IMG/VR virus record: IMGVR_UViG_3300017553_000007
Location: 1 to 33,165 of that record
Length of the DNA: 33,165 nucleotides
DNA from: a virus
Taxonomy: Duplodnaviria > Caudoviricetes
Reading direction: 5' to 3' (one strand)
Made by a program: the position numbers and the translations under genes. The notes under the pieces are model-generated. The model had not been told where the DNA came from. It was given only the letters and a program-made list of their open reading frames with translations, and searched no databases. Positions 8,163-15,405 of the stretch are shown here, piece by piece. The first letter of the stretch is position 1. Every line of letters begins with the position of its first letter.

Positions 8163-8606
8163 ATGCGCGGAACCCTAGTCGTATTCCAAGACAACGACCA
8201 GGACTTCCTGGTCTGGCAGTTGGACCAGGACGGTGTCGTCACGCGGAGCTGGCCGTTTCAGACCGACGTGTGGGCCGGCACCAAGGTCCTCAACGTGGCA
8301 TCGCTCAAGCATGACGGCGTGGTGAAAGCCGCACGCAATGGCCGCCCCTGGGAGTGCCGTCATGAGGTGGTCGCAGTCCACCCGATTCGGCCGGTTGACG
8401 TGTCGGTCAAGTGGGACGGTATCGCGGGTTACGTGACCAGCACGGTTCGAGGCCAGCGGGCGTCCTGCACCCATGACGCGGTGGCTCCGGTGCAGCGCCT
8501 GGCCGAGAAGGTTTTCCCCAGCTTGCAGTGCCGCATCGAGCGCCTGGAGTGCCAGCCAGTCGGCAGGCTCCACAGCCTATGGCGAATCACCCCGGAGGGC
8601 CTCTGA
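8163..8606 (+). CDS. Hypothetical protein
   Basis: 147-aa ORF tightly packed in operon. Confidence 0.7.
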   Translation: MRGTLVVFQDNDQDFLVWQLDQDGVVTRSWPFQTDVWAGTKVLNVASLKHDGVVKAARNGRPWECRHEVVAVHPIRPVDVSVKWDGIAGYVTSTVRGQRASCTHDAVAPVQRLAEKVFPSLQCRIERLECQPVGRLHSLWRITPEGL

Positions 8607-8608
8607 CT

Positions 8609-8860
8609 ATGAGCAAGTTCACCATCACCATCGAAGACGAGAACGGTTGCCTGAGCGTCACCATGGCCGGCGACGGCAAGCCGGAAGGGTTTGCGGGACT
8701 GACCGCCGTGGCGCTTATGAGGCTCGCCCAGGACGTAGTGCCAAAGGCCGTCAAGCGCGCTGCCATGAATAGCGACTGCCAGTGCGAGAAGTGCAAGGCC
8801 GCGCGCGCCGAGGTGCAGACCGAGGCATCAGCCCCCAACGGAAAACCGACAATCCACTGA
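8609..8860 (+). CDS. Hypothetical protein with CxCxxC motif
   Basis: GGAGG SD before ATG 8609; DCQCEKC; its stop abuts the ribozyme. Confidence 0.7.
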   Translation: MSKFTITIEDENGCLSVTMAGDGKPEGFAGLTAVALMRLAQDVVPKAVKRAAMNSDCQCEKCKAARAEVQTEASAPNGKPTIH

Positions 8861-8926
8861 GCGAAACCGCCCCGGCCTGACCGGGGACGGTCTGCCCAGC
8901 GTGGTGGCTGGGTACTGACGAGCAGC
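8854..8926 (+). ncRNA. Type II hammerhead ribozyme
   Basis: GAAA (8863-8866), stem III (8866-8875/8881-8891), GUC cleavage triplet (8890-8892), 8-bp stem I (8893-8900/8907-8914), CUGACGA core (8915-8921), short stem II (GC 8861-8862/GC 8922-8923); loop I GUGG can pair with CCAC (8854-8857). Confidence 0.9.
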
Positions 8927-8936
8927 CGAGGAACCT

Positions 8937-9611
8937 ATGGAACACAGCAAGGCCCTGGACAAAATCAAGAAACTGCTGCGCCTGGCCGGTAGCAGCAACC
9001 CACACGAAGCGGCGAACGCCATGCGCCAGGCGCGGGCGATGATGGAGAAGTTCGGTATCGGCGAGGGGGATGTCGCCCTCTCCGAGGTCACCGAACACGG
9101 CGCTGGGAGCGGCTCCAAAGTGAAGCCTGCCCAGTGGGAAGCGAACCTCTCCGTCACCGTGGCGAAGGCATACTCCTGCCGCACGCTCTTCCGAGGCGGC
9201 GTCGGCCAGTGGCGTTTCGTTGGCGAGATGGCCGAGGTAGCTGGCTACACCATGACCATTCTGCTGCGCCAGGTTCGCCAGGCGCGCCGTGAGTACATCG
9301 CCACTGTGCTGAAGCGCTGCAAGCCGGCGACCAAGACCAAGCGCGGCGACTTGTTCTGCGAGGCCTGGGTTTGGGCGGTGCGTCAGCAGGTAAACCAGTT
9401 TGCCGGGGCTGAGGCTCCGTCGCAGGCTGCCGAAGCCTACATGCTCAAGCACTACCCCAACCTAGTGCAGGGCAAGGCCATTGATCGCACCAGCAAGAAA
9501 GGTCCGCTCGGTGCGCGCGACATGCTCGATGCAGCCAAGGGTATCGAGGCGGCGGACGGCGTCCAGCTCAACCACGGCGTCGGTGGATCGGCGCCCCTGG
9601 CCCTGACCTGA
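8937..9611 (+). CDS. DUF2786-domain protein
   Basis: N-terminal LDKIKKLLRLAGSSNPHEAANAMRQARAMMEKFGI; GAGGA SD. Confidence 0.85.
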   Translation: MEHSKALDKIKKLLRLAGSSNPHEAANAMRQARAMMEKFGIGEGDVALSEVTEHGAGSGSKVKPAQWEANLSVTVAKAYSCRTLFRGGVGQWRFVGEMAEVAGYTMTILLRQVRQARREYIATVLKRCKPATKTKRGDLFCEAWVWAVRQQVNQFAGAEAPSQAAEAYMLKHYPNLVQGKAIDRTSKKGPLGARDMLDAAKGIEAADGVQLNHGVGGSAPLALT

Positions 9612-9620
9612 GGTAGCGCC

Positions 9621-9899
9621 ATGACCAAGCCCCGCACCGACAAAGTCCGCAAGCAGGACGCCAACCGCCAGCAGCAACTGCGCAACCGCAGGGGGGCGCA
9701 CAAGCAGGCCGTGGGCGCAGAGAAACTCAAGCTCGAAATCTACGCAGGAACCCGCGCCGACATCGACACAATGTGCCAGGTCGGCGGCTTCGAAGAGGAA
9801 GCCGAGGCCATCACCCTTGGCCTACGCTACCTGGCCGGCATGGCGCGCAGCCATCCCGAGGCGTTCCGCAGCGCCATGGACCCGAGGAACCCGGTATGA
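9621..9899 (+). CDS. Hypothetical protein
   Basis: GAGGT SD; in operon. Confidence 0.7.
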   Translation: MTKPRTDKVRKQDANRQQQLRNRRGAHKQAVGAEKLKLEIYAGTRADIDTMCQVGGFEEEAEAITLGLRYLAGMARSHPEAFRSAMDPRNPV

Positions 9900-10150
9900 C
9901 TCCCGAGACCATCAACGTCGCCGGCATCCCGGCGGCGGCCAACGAAGAGATCGACAAGCCCCGTTTCCAGACCACCCTGGATGGCGTGGAGCAGCGCTGC
10001 AGCAAGTGCGACGAATACTGGCCGTATGACGCGGAGTTCTTCTTCAAAGGTAGCAACGGCAAGCTCTACACCTACTGCAAGGCCTGCTACTACGAAATGC
10101 CGTCCATGCAGAAGCGCCTCGCAGCACGCGGAAAACGGAGGTCGGTATGA
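9896..10150 (+). CDS. Small Zn-finger protein
   Basis: CSKC...CKAC; ATGA coupling at both ends; GAGGA SD. Confidence 0.65.
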   Translation: MTPETINVAGIPAAANEEIDKPRFQTTLDGVEQRCSKCDEYWPYDAEFFFKGSNGKLYTYCKACYYEMPSMQKRLAARGKRRSV

Positions 10151-10551
10151 GCAGCAAGGGCCGCCAACTGATCCAGATCGCCCGCCGCCAGTTGGGCATG
10201 GACGACGACACATACCGCGCACTGCTCGGCCGCGTGGCCGGCGTGCGGTCCTCTACTGCACTCTCACCGCGCCAGGTCGGCCTGGTGCTGGCCGAGCTGG
10301 AGCGCCTGGGCTGGCAGTCTGTTCGGAAGCCGGCCGGCCGCGCCGCGCCGAAGGCGGCACCGGATCGCCAGGCCCTGGTTGGCAAGATCGAGGCGTTCCT
10401 GGCCGAGGCCGGGCGCCCCTGGAGCTACGCAGACGCCATGGCCCTGCGGATGTTCCAGGTGGAACGTGTGGAGTGGCTGGACGCCGGCCAGCTGGGCCGC
10501 CTGGTCGCCGCCCTGGCGTATGACGCGAAGCGTCACGGGCGGCGCGTATGA
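10147..10551 (+). CDS. gemA: GemA (Mu gp16/DUF1018)-like regulator
   Basis: IQIARRQLGMDDDTYRALL..GVRSS..L; directly upstream of the Mor-family gene. Confidence 0.88.
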   Translation: MSSKGRQLIQIARRQLGMDDDTYRALLGRVAGVRSSTALSPRQVGLVLAELERLGWQSVRKPAGRAAPKAAPDRQALVGKIEAFLAEAGRPWSYADAMALRMFQVERVEWLDAGQLGRLVAALAYDAKRHGRRV

Positions 10552-10988
10552 GCATGAACCTGGAGCAGGTGCGGGACCAACTGCCCGCCCAGGTGCTGGA
10601 GATCGCCGACGTGGTGGGTATGCCCGCCGCCCTGCGCCTGGTCACGGAGCTGGGCGGGACAACCTGGGAGTTCGCCAAGGGCGCTAACCGCAACGGGCAA
10701 ATCCGGGTGGCGGCGCTGGCGGACATCGTCGGCGATGACGCGGCGCAGTTGCTGACCTCCCGTCTTGGGGGCGACGTGGTCTATATCCCGCGCTGCGACG
10801 TGGCGCTGCGCCGGTTGCGTGACCTTGAGATTCATCGCCAGTTCGAGCAGGCGGTGCGCGAAGGCGTGAGCGCGCGGGTGGTGGTTGCGGAACTGGCCAG
10901 AACTTATAAGCTCTCCGACCGTCGTATCTGGATCATCCTCAACCAGGTGCTGCCAGACCCCACCGCACCTGGCGACCTCTTCGACTAG
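10548..10988 (+). CDS. mor: Mor/C-family transcription activator
   Basis: LGGDVVYIPRC..RDLEI..LARTYKLSDRRIWIIL. Confidence 0.88.
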   Translation: MSMNLEQVRDQLPAQVLEIADVVGMPAALRLVTELGGTTWEFAKGANRNGQIRVAALADIVGDDAAQLLTSRLGGDVVYIPRCDVALRRLRDLEIHRQFEQAVREGVSARVVVAELARTYKLSDRRIWIILNQVLPDPTAPGDLFD

Positions 10989-11014
10989 CCCCGCCCTCGC
11001 GGGGCTTTGTCTTT
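10987..11014 (+). terminator. Intrinsic terminator ending the early/middle operon
   Basis: AGCCCCGC-CCTC-GCGGGGCT followed by TTGTCTTT. Confidence 0.8.
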
Positions 11015-11015
11015 C

Positions 11016-11070
11016 TGCTGAACCCCTTCCTCTAAAACGCCGCCCGTCGCCTTAGCACTATGGCGGCATG
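11016..11070 (+). promoter_or_regulatory. Putative late promoter 1 (Mor/C-dependent)
   Basis: TGCTGAACCCCTTCCTCTAA ... ACTATGGCGGCATGAAC; both blocks are repeated at 18393-18451. Confidence 0.7.
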
Positions 11071-11412
11071 AACGCACAGCCGATCTACCACGCCCCCACC
11101 AGCCCGCGCGAGTATGCCGCGCTGGTACTGGCCGAGCCCAATCTGGAGCGCCGCCGGGACCTGATGGCCAGGTGCCCCGAGCACTGGCGCGAGCTGGTGA
11201 GCGAACACGTCAAAACCGGCTACTCGAGAATCCAGTCCTACCGCGCTTTCATCAGCGGCCGCCGCCAGTCGATGGCGGCAGGCCCCCAGCCAGCGCCGCG
11301 CAGGGAAGACACCAGCTTCCGCATCAGCGACTTCAAGAAGTCCGCGCCCGAGAAGGGCAACCAGGAACTGGCCAAGCTCAAGGCCCTGGTGGGAGGCCGC
11401 GATGGGGATTAA
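11068..11412 (+). CDS. Soluble hypothetical protein, first late gene
   Basis: 114-aa ORF after the late promoter; no hydrophobic TM stretch. Confidence 0.7.
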   Translation: MNAQPIYHAPTSPREYAALVLAEPNLERRRDLMARCPEHWRELVSEHVKTGYSRIQSYRAFISGRRQSMAAGPQPAPRREDTSFRISDFKKSAPEKGNQELAKLKALVGGRDGD

Positions 11413-11905
11413 GGCGCGCGTCCTGGCGGCGGCCCTGCTGATCGCTACGCCTGTGGTCGGCCGCTTCGAAGGCCGCAACCTGCTGGCCTACCTCGACCCG
11501 GTGGGCATCCCCACCATCTGCGACGGCTGGACCCGTGGCGTCAGGCTCGGTGACCGGGCGACGCCGGCCGAGTGCGACGAGCGTACCCGCCAGGGCTTGG
11601 AGGAAGCGGCCCAGGTCTTCGAAGCCTGGGTGCCGCAGCAGGTCATCGACCGGCTGCCGGCCAGCACCGGCGCGGCCTTCCTGTCCTTCATCTACAACGT
11701 CGGCCCCGGCAAGCCGGGCGTGAAGGATGGCTTCGTTTGGCTTAAGAACGGCAACCACTCAACCATGCTGCGCGAGCTGCAGGCCGGGCGGATCGCCCAG
11801 GCCTGCGCCCAGCTCCCCAGCTGGACCAGTGCTGGCGGCCGGAAGCTCAACGGCCTGGTCAAGCGCCGCGCCGCCGAGCGAGCGCTGTGCGAGGTCGACC
11901 TATGA
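11402..11905 (+). CDS. SAR-type endolysin (GH24 lysozyme)
   Basis: Ala-rich N-terminal anchor, then E-x8-D-x5-T triad (FEGRNLLAYLDPVGIPT); GLVKRRAAE. Confidence 0.92.
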   Translation: MGIKARVLAAALLIATPVVGRFEGRNLLAYLDPVGIPTICDGWTRGVRLGDRATPAECDERTRQGLEEAAQVFEAWVPQQVIDRLPASTGAAFLSFIYNVGPGKPGVKDGFVWLKNGNHSTMLRELQAGRIAQACAQLPSWTSAGGRKLNGLVKRRAAERALCEVDL

Positions 11906-12531
11906 CCTGGCTCGACATCCTCAAGCGTCTGGCCGGCCCGGTGGCGGTCTTGTTTGTTCTGTTCCTGATCGTTGCCGGCCTGGAGGCGATGCAGGCCATG
12001 GCGCGGCAACAGGGCTACGACCAGGCCCAGGCCGAGGGCAAGGCCGCCCTGGAGCAGCTGCAGCGGCAGTACGCCGAGGCTGACACCCAGCGCGCCCGCC
12101 AGGCCGAGGCCGATGCCAAAGCCGCCGCGAATCGCCTGGCATCGGAGAAGGCCAGGGCCGACAAGCTCGCCGACGAGCTGGCCGAGCAGCAGCGCCAACA
12201 CCGCAAGACCACTGACCACCTCGCTGGGGAGATAGCACGTGTCAACGACCTCTACCGGGATGCGCTCGATGCGCCGCCTAAGCCTGTGCCTGCTTGCCTG
12301 CTTACTCGCGGCTGGGTGCGAGTCTACGACGAAGCAACCGGCGCCCGTGTGCCAGCCGATCCAGCTGCCGCCGGAGCTGCTGCGCCGACCGGAGCCGGCA
12401 GCCCCGCTGACCAACTCCCCGCAGACGTCGACCAGCGCGCCGTCCTGGCCCACCACGTTCGCTATGCCGAGCAGTGCCGGAACACGGCCGCTCAGTTGGA
12501 CGCTCTGATCGACGCCGTGGAGGGCCATTGA
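11902..12531 (+). CDS. Rz-like inner-membrane spanin
   Basis: N-terminal TM, long Ala/Gln coiled coil, follows the endolysin with ATGA overlap. Confidence 0.78.
   Translation: MTWLDILKRLAGPVAVLFVLFLIVAGLEAMQAMARQQGYDQAQAEGKAALEQLQRQYAEADTQRARQAEADAKAAANRLASEKARADKLADELAEQQRQHRKTTDHLAGEIARVNDLYRDALDAPPKPVPACLLTRGWVRVYDEATGARVPADPAAAGAAAPTGAGSPADQLPADVDQRAVLAHHVRYAEQCRNTAAQLDALIDAVEGH
12260..12508 (+). CDS. Rz1-like outer-membrane lipoprotein spanin embedded in the +1 frame
   Basis: MRSMRRLSLCLLACLLAAG-C lipobox followed by a Pro-rich mature region; wholly inside the i-spanin gene. Confidence 0.75.
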   Translation: MRSMRRLSLCLLACLLAAGCESTTKQPAPVCQPIQLPPELLRRPEPAAPLTNSPQTSTSAPSWPTTFAMPSSAGTRPLSWTL

Positions 12532-12905
12532 TGGCAACCGATCTGATCGGCTGGGCAATTTCGCTGCTGTCCATCTTCGCCGCCGTCGTAACCGCGCTGG
12601 TCAAGCTGCTGCTCTGGCAGTTCGAGAAGCGCCTGTCCGAGCGTTTCACCAGCCAAGACGAGGCACGCAAGGAAGCCAGCAAGCACTGGGAAGAGAGCTT
12701 CGCCAAGGTCCTGGAGCGCCAGGACAAGGACGCACTGGCCCTGCAGCAGCTGGAGCGCGCCTTCTTGAACTTTAAAGCCGACCTGCCCTTGGAGTACGTC
12801 CGCCGCGAAGACTGGGCGCGTGGGCATTCGATCATCGAAGCCAAGCTCGACGGCCTGGCGCTCAGGTACGAAAACATCCTGCTCAAAGGAGCGCGCAATG
12901 ATTGA
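12531..12905 (+). CDS. Membrane-anchored coiled-coil protein in the Mu gp25 position
   Basis: N-terminal TM, coiled coil, LPLEYVRREDW; synteny after the spanins. Confidence 0.65.
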   Translation: MATDLIGWAISLLSIFAAVVTALVKLLLWQFEKRLSERFTSQDEARKEASKHWEESFAKVLERQDKDALALQQLERAFLNFKADLPLEYVRREDWARGHSIIEAKLDGLALRYENILLKGARND

Positions 12906-13209
12906 TCCCGCCAAAGCACGCCGGGAGTCTCTTCGCTGGTTCATCCTGCTGACTCTCAACACCTCCCGGCCCGTGGACCCGCACGAAACCGTGGTGCTCT
13001 CGACCATCCAGGGCATCTACCCGGACGCCACTGCGCTGGAGCTGCGCCGCGAGCTGGACTACCTGGCTGACCGCAGCCTGGTCACCCTGGAGAAGAAGCC
13101 CAGCGGCCAGTGGATTTGCGGCCTAACCCACTACGGCGTGGACGTTGCCGAGTACACCATTGAGTGTCACCCCGGTATCGCCCGGCCCGAGAAGTACTGG
13201 AGCGCCTGA
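12898..13209 (+). CDS. Mu gp26-like protein
   Basis: RWFILLTL..LRRELDYL..LTHYGVDVAE..PGIARP; upstream of terS. Confidence 0.7.
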   Translation: MIDPAKARRESLRWFILLTLNTSRPVDPHETVVLSTIQGIYPDATALELRRELDYLADRSLVTLEKKPSGQWICGLTHYGVDVAEYTIECHPGIARPEKYWSA

Positions 13210-13211
13210 CC

Positions 13212-13724
13212 ATGCCGCCGCGCTCCAAGGTTCAGCAGCTCCCGCCCGACGTGAAGGCCTGGCTCGACCAGGCCCTGGTGGAGTCCAACTTCTCCGGCTA
13301 TGAGGCGCTCTCGGCCGAGCTGGAAGCGCGCGGCTATAGCATCAAAAAGTCCGCGCTGCACGCCTACGGCCAGACCTTCGAGGACCGCCTGGCGGCGCTG
13401 CGCCAATCCAGCGAGCAGGCCAAGGCCGTGGTCACCGCGGCGCCCGACGACGAAGGCGCCGTCAACGAGGCCCTTATGCGCCTGGTCCAGGACCACCTGT
13501 TCAAGTTGCTGATGGCCTCCGAGGGCAAGCTGGACCTACCCAAGGTGGCCAAGGCGGTGGCCGAGCTGGGCCGCGCCTCCGTCGTCCAACTGAAGTGGAA
13601 GGCCGAGTTCAAGGAACGCGCCGAGTCGGCAGCCGCCAAGGTCGAGAAGATCATCCGCAAGGGCGGCTTGAGTGCCGAGGCGCGGGACGAGATTCGCCGG
13701 GAAATCCTCGGGATGGCCGGATGA
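13212..13724 (+). CDS. Terminase small subunit (Mu gp27/DUF3486-like)
   Basis: MPPRSKVQQLP..GYSIKKSALHAYG..GGLS..IRREILG. Confidence 0.82.
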   Translation: MPPRSKVQQLPPDVKAWLDQALVESNFSGYEALSAELEARGYSIKKSALHAYGQTFEDRLAALRQSSEQAKAVVTAAPDDEGAVNEALMRLVQDHLFKLLMASEGKLDLPKVAKAVAELGRASVVQLKWKAEFKERAESAAAKVEKIIRKGGLSAEARDEIRREILGMAG

Positions 13725-13825
13725 ACTACCTGATTGCGTTCCTGCTGGTATCTCTCCCCGCAACGAAGGGCGAGCTGTACGCCGCCGCCGTTGCTCTCTT
13801 CTTTGCCTGGGTGTTCCAGAAATGA
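13721..13825 (+). CDS. 34-aa hydrophobic mini-protein
   Basis: MNYLIAFLLVSLPATKGELYAAAVALFFAWVFQK; ATGA overlaps with both the terS stop and the terL start. Confidence 0.55.
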   Translation: MNYLIAFLLVSLPATKGELYAAAVALFFAWVFQK

Positions 13826-15405
13826 ATGCACTGAAGAAAGAACCGCCGCAGCAACGGTCGCCACTGGCCGACATCATTTCGGTCGGCCAGGTGGTCAACG
13901 CCCCTTCGGTTCTGCTCGGCTATCAGCAGCGCTGGACATCCATTCGTGCGCCGCTGAAGGTCGGCGAGAAGTCGCGCCGGATTGGCCTGACCTGGGCCGA
14001 GGCGGCGGATAACGTGCTGGTGGCTGCCAGTTCGACCAAGGCCGGCGGGATGAACGTCTATTACCTGGGCTACAACCAGGACATGACGGTCGAGTACATC
14101 CAGGCCTGTGCCATGTGGGCGCGTGCCTTCAACTACGCGGCCGGCGAGATCGAGGAAGGCATCTGGGAAGATGACGACCCCGACAAGCACATCAAGACCT
14201 TCACCATTACGTTCCCCAGCGGATACCGCATCGTCGCGCTGACCAGTCGGCCGTCAAACTTGCGGGGCCGCCAGGGCGTAGTGGTGATCGACGAGGCCGC
14301 CTTCCACCCGGACCTGGCCGAGCTGCTCAAGGCAGCCCTGGCGCTGCTGATCTGGGGTGGCGAGGTTCACGTCATCAGCACCCACAACGGCACGGACAAC
14401 CCGTTCAACGAGCTGATCGACGAGATTCGCTCGGGCAAGCGCAAGGGCGAGCTGTTCCGCTGCACCTTCAAGGAAGCCGTGGCGGATGGTCTGTACAAGC
14501 GCGTGTGCCTGCGCAAGGGAATTCCCTACGACGCGGCCAATGAAGCGGAGTGGGTGGCGGGCGTTTACGGCTTCTACGGCGACGCCGCCAACGAGGAACT
14601 GGATTGCATCCCCAGCCAGGGCGGTGGCACCTACCTGTCCCTGGCGCTGCTGGAGCAGCGCAGCCGGGCCGGCGTGCCGGTGCTGCGCCTGGCCTACCCG
14701 GTGGGCTACGTCACCACCGCTGAGCCGCTGCGACTGGCGGATAGCCTGGCTTGGTGCGAGCGCGAACTGGCGCCGCTTTTGGCACAGCTCCCCGCCAGCG
14801 CCTGGAGCTTCTACGGCATGGACTTCGCCCGCAGTGGCGACTTGTCGGTGATCGTGCCGCTGATCCAGGAACAGGATAGCCGCAAGCGGCCGCCCTTCCT
14901 GGTCGAGCTGCGCGGGGTGCCGTTCAAGCAGCAAGAGCAAATCCTGTTCTACATCGTCGACCGCCTGCCCGGCTTCATGGCAGGGGCTAACGATGCGCGC
15001 GGCAACGGCCAGCAACTGGCCGAGGCGGCGGCGATCAAGTACGGGCACAGCCGTATCAGCCAGGTGATGCTGACCGAGGGCTGGTATCGCGACAACATGC
15101 CCGGCCTCAAGGCCGACCTGGAGGACGGAACCCTCTACGACCTGCCCAGCGACCGCGACGTCATCGGCGACCTACGCGCGTTCAAGATGGTTAGGGGTGT
15201 GGCTCGCGTCCCCGACGTCCGCACCACTGAGAAGGAAGGCGGCCAGCGCCACGGTGACGCCGGCATCGCCATGGCCCTGGCGCGCTTCGCCAGCCGCATG
15301 GAGATCGAACAATACGGCTACGAGGCCGTTCGCCCCTCCAACTCCGACAAGTTCAACGACGACGACCAGGTGTCCCATGGCTGGGGCATCGGAGGTGTTC
15401 TGTAA
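13822..15405 (+). CDS. Terminase large subunit (Mu gp28-like)
   Basis: LLGYQQRW, EKSRRIGLTW, VVIDEAAF, ISTHNG, GMDFARSGD, HGD. Confidence 0.93.
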   Translation: MNALKKEPPQQRSPLADIISVGQVVNAPSVLLGYQQRWTSIRAPLKVGEKSRRIGLTWAEAADNVLVAASSTKAGGMNVYYLGYNQDMTVEYIQACAMWARAFNYAAGEIEEGIWEDDDPDKHIKTFTITFPSGYRIVALTSRPSNLRGRQGVVVIDEAAFHPDLAELLKAALALLIWGGEVHVISTHNGTDNPFNELIDEIRSGKRKGELFRCTFKEAVADGLYKRVCLRKGIPYDAANEAEWVAGVYGFYGDAANEELDCIPSQGGGTYLSLALLEQRSRAGVPVLRLAYPVGYVTTAEPLRLADSLAWCERELAPLLAQLPASAWSFYGMDFARSGDLSVIVPLIQEQDSRKRPPFLVELRGVPFKQQEQILFYIVDRLPGFMAGANDARGNGQQLAEAAAIKYGHSRISQVMLTEGWYRDNMPGLKADLEDGTLYDLPSDRDVIGDLRAFKMVRGVARVPDVRTTEKEGGQRHGDAGIAMALARFASRMEIEQYGYEAVRPSNSDKFNDDDQVSHGWGIGGVL

